From: Octopus bimaculoides
Taxonomy: Eukaryota
DNA length: 64,000 nt
Direction: 5' to 3'
NCBI RefSeq assembly: GCF_001194135.2
Contig: NC_068981.1
Span: 192,599,854 to 192,663,853, forward strand
The notes beneath the pieces were generated by a model. That model ran no database searches. It worked only from the letters and a program-made list of their open reading frames with translations, and was not told where the DNA came from. Shown here one piece after another: positions 62,304 through 64,000 of the stretch. How positions within the stretch are numbered: the stretch's first letter is position 1; every line of letters begins with the position of its first letter. Position numbers and translations under genes: made by a program.

Positions 62304-64000
62304 GTGGCTTCAAGCATTAACAAGTGTCATCAACTAAAATGAAAAAATAGAAAAAACTATATTGCAGTTTGTCAGTCAATCACTGCAGAATTGTTTATAT
62401 GAGTTAATAATAATCATAGTTTACGACTATTGGGATTTATTAACTAACCTATTTAAATTCATCCATTAATTCAAAAGTTTATAAAACTTTTGTATTCTCC
62501 ATTTTAATTTTTTTTTATTACAAGTTAGTATCAACTAAAATAGAGATTATGAATTGTTTTGAAACCATCTTAGTCTCACCAATGTTTTTGTTTGAAATGA
62601 ATGCTACTGCCCATAGACAGCAGTGAATTTCCTGCCATGTGTGTGTGTATGTATGTGAGAAGATCTGTTGAAAGTCTGAGGTAGGGTGACTATTTGCTAC
62701 AGATATCACACCCTTATTTATCAATACTGTCGTAAATCAATAACTCTTCCTTTACCACATTCGGATCTTAAATTATAAAGCCTAACAGAGGTATGTCATG
62801 TTGTAAACATGTCATACAATATTACATTATACAGTAGGATATTACTATACACCATCATACAACATGATGTTACACTGCAAGATGGCATACAATATAGTAT
62901 TACAGGTGTACATTGCCATACAATATGGTGTCTTGCTATGATATCACTTTCTATTTGTGAAATAGTTTTCTTCTTTTATTCTCTCTTCACTTCAGTTAAA
63001 GAAAGAAGATGAATCTTGATGCATTAGTTATGTCTGTCTGTCACTCATATTCTAATGTGACATATCTTACCTATGGCCTCTCCAACACATTGGATAAATA
63101 GACATTATGACATTCTGTGATATAACCAAGAAAAAAAAAAAATTATCTTTTAATTTTTCTAAATAGAACTCAAGAGAAAAGAGTAGGAAATTGTTGCAAA
63201 ACAAGAGTTGGCTCTAAGAAATATATAGCTCGATTGATTAATAAACAGACGAAAGATGGACAAACAATTATAGGTGACAGAAAGTCTTTTATGTGATATG
63301 TTACATATACATGTTACATTATAGCATTGCCCAGTTGTATGTTTGAAACGGCTGAAAAGAATCATCTTGTAATTTGAAAATGTTTATGTGACATCTCATA
63401 TAAATGAACTACTCCCACCTGTTATTGTTTGTTCATCCTTTGTGTGTGTGTTCTCAAAAAAGATCCTAGCTTATTTGCAAATTTAAACTATTTTCTTTCT
63501 TTTTTTAAATCACCTGAGTGAAGTATGAGAGGATTGGTCTCCACTCTGATATAATTTTATAAGGAACAAGTGTAAAAGACAAATTAACTGCTAAGTAACA
63601 TCTATGGTCTTGTGTTCTCCAGTACGATAACTGCTGGACATGATTTACACATGCTCTAATCTAGCTTATAATTTCTTTAGCTAATACTCAACACTATCTT
63701 ATATTTTACCATCATATATTTAGACTATAATAGTTCTCATGGTCTCTAATTACTGAATTAAGCTAGCTTGATTAATGTAATTTAGGGTTTAAATATATTG
63801 ATATTAATGAGTTGACTTATTGTATTCTGTAGAAATATCCTGTCTCATTGAGTGGAAGTTTCATTCTTAATTAAATCTTTCCTTGTAAATCATAAATTAT
63901 TTTTTCCACGTCCACACTCTATTCCTTACTCTTCCAGAGAATGACAAAAGAGATATCAGAATCCTGCTATTTGAAGAAGAAAACAAATTAATAAATAACT

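Overview
64 kb of AT-rich, repeat-dense animal genomic DNA with six N-gaps. The SINE/RTE repeat landscape points to an octopus or other coleoid cephalopod (inference from recognised repeat families, not a database match). Two complete, intron-split genes lie head-to-head about 14.7 kb apart (ATG to ATG), and neither is recovered as a whole by the ORF track. The first is an NTF2-family gene on the minus strand (4 coding exons, 27314 to 10488, 131 aa). The second is MAF1, the RNA polymerase III repressor, on the plus strand (7 coding exons, 42054 to 62303, 239 aa). The rest is mostly mobile DNA: a decayed near-full-length RTE LINE with a PHD-like finger inside its RT region, many RTE 3' tails, at least three tRNA-type SINE families, piggyBac and hAT MITEs with target-site duplications, a foldback element, an inverted pair of CRE-type retrotransposon fragments, and Penelope-type tails with degenerate hammerhead cores. 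The most interesting leads are a tRNA-headed SINE bracketed by inverted hammerhead-bearing Penelope tails, an HDV-like ribozyme fold in sense within a MAF1 intron, and inverted SINEs flanking MAF1 exons 2-5, which would form a stop-less 546-nt circle. No prokaryote-type system such as CRISPR is present. All alignments and folds were done by eye, and repeat boundaries without a TSD are approximate.
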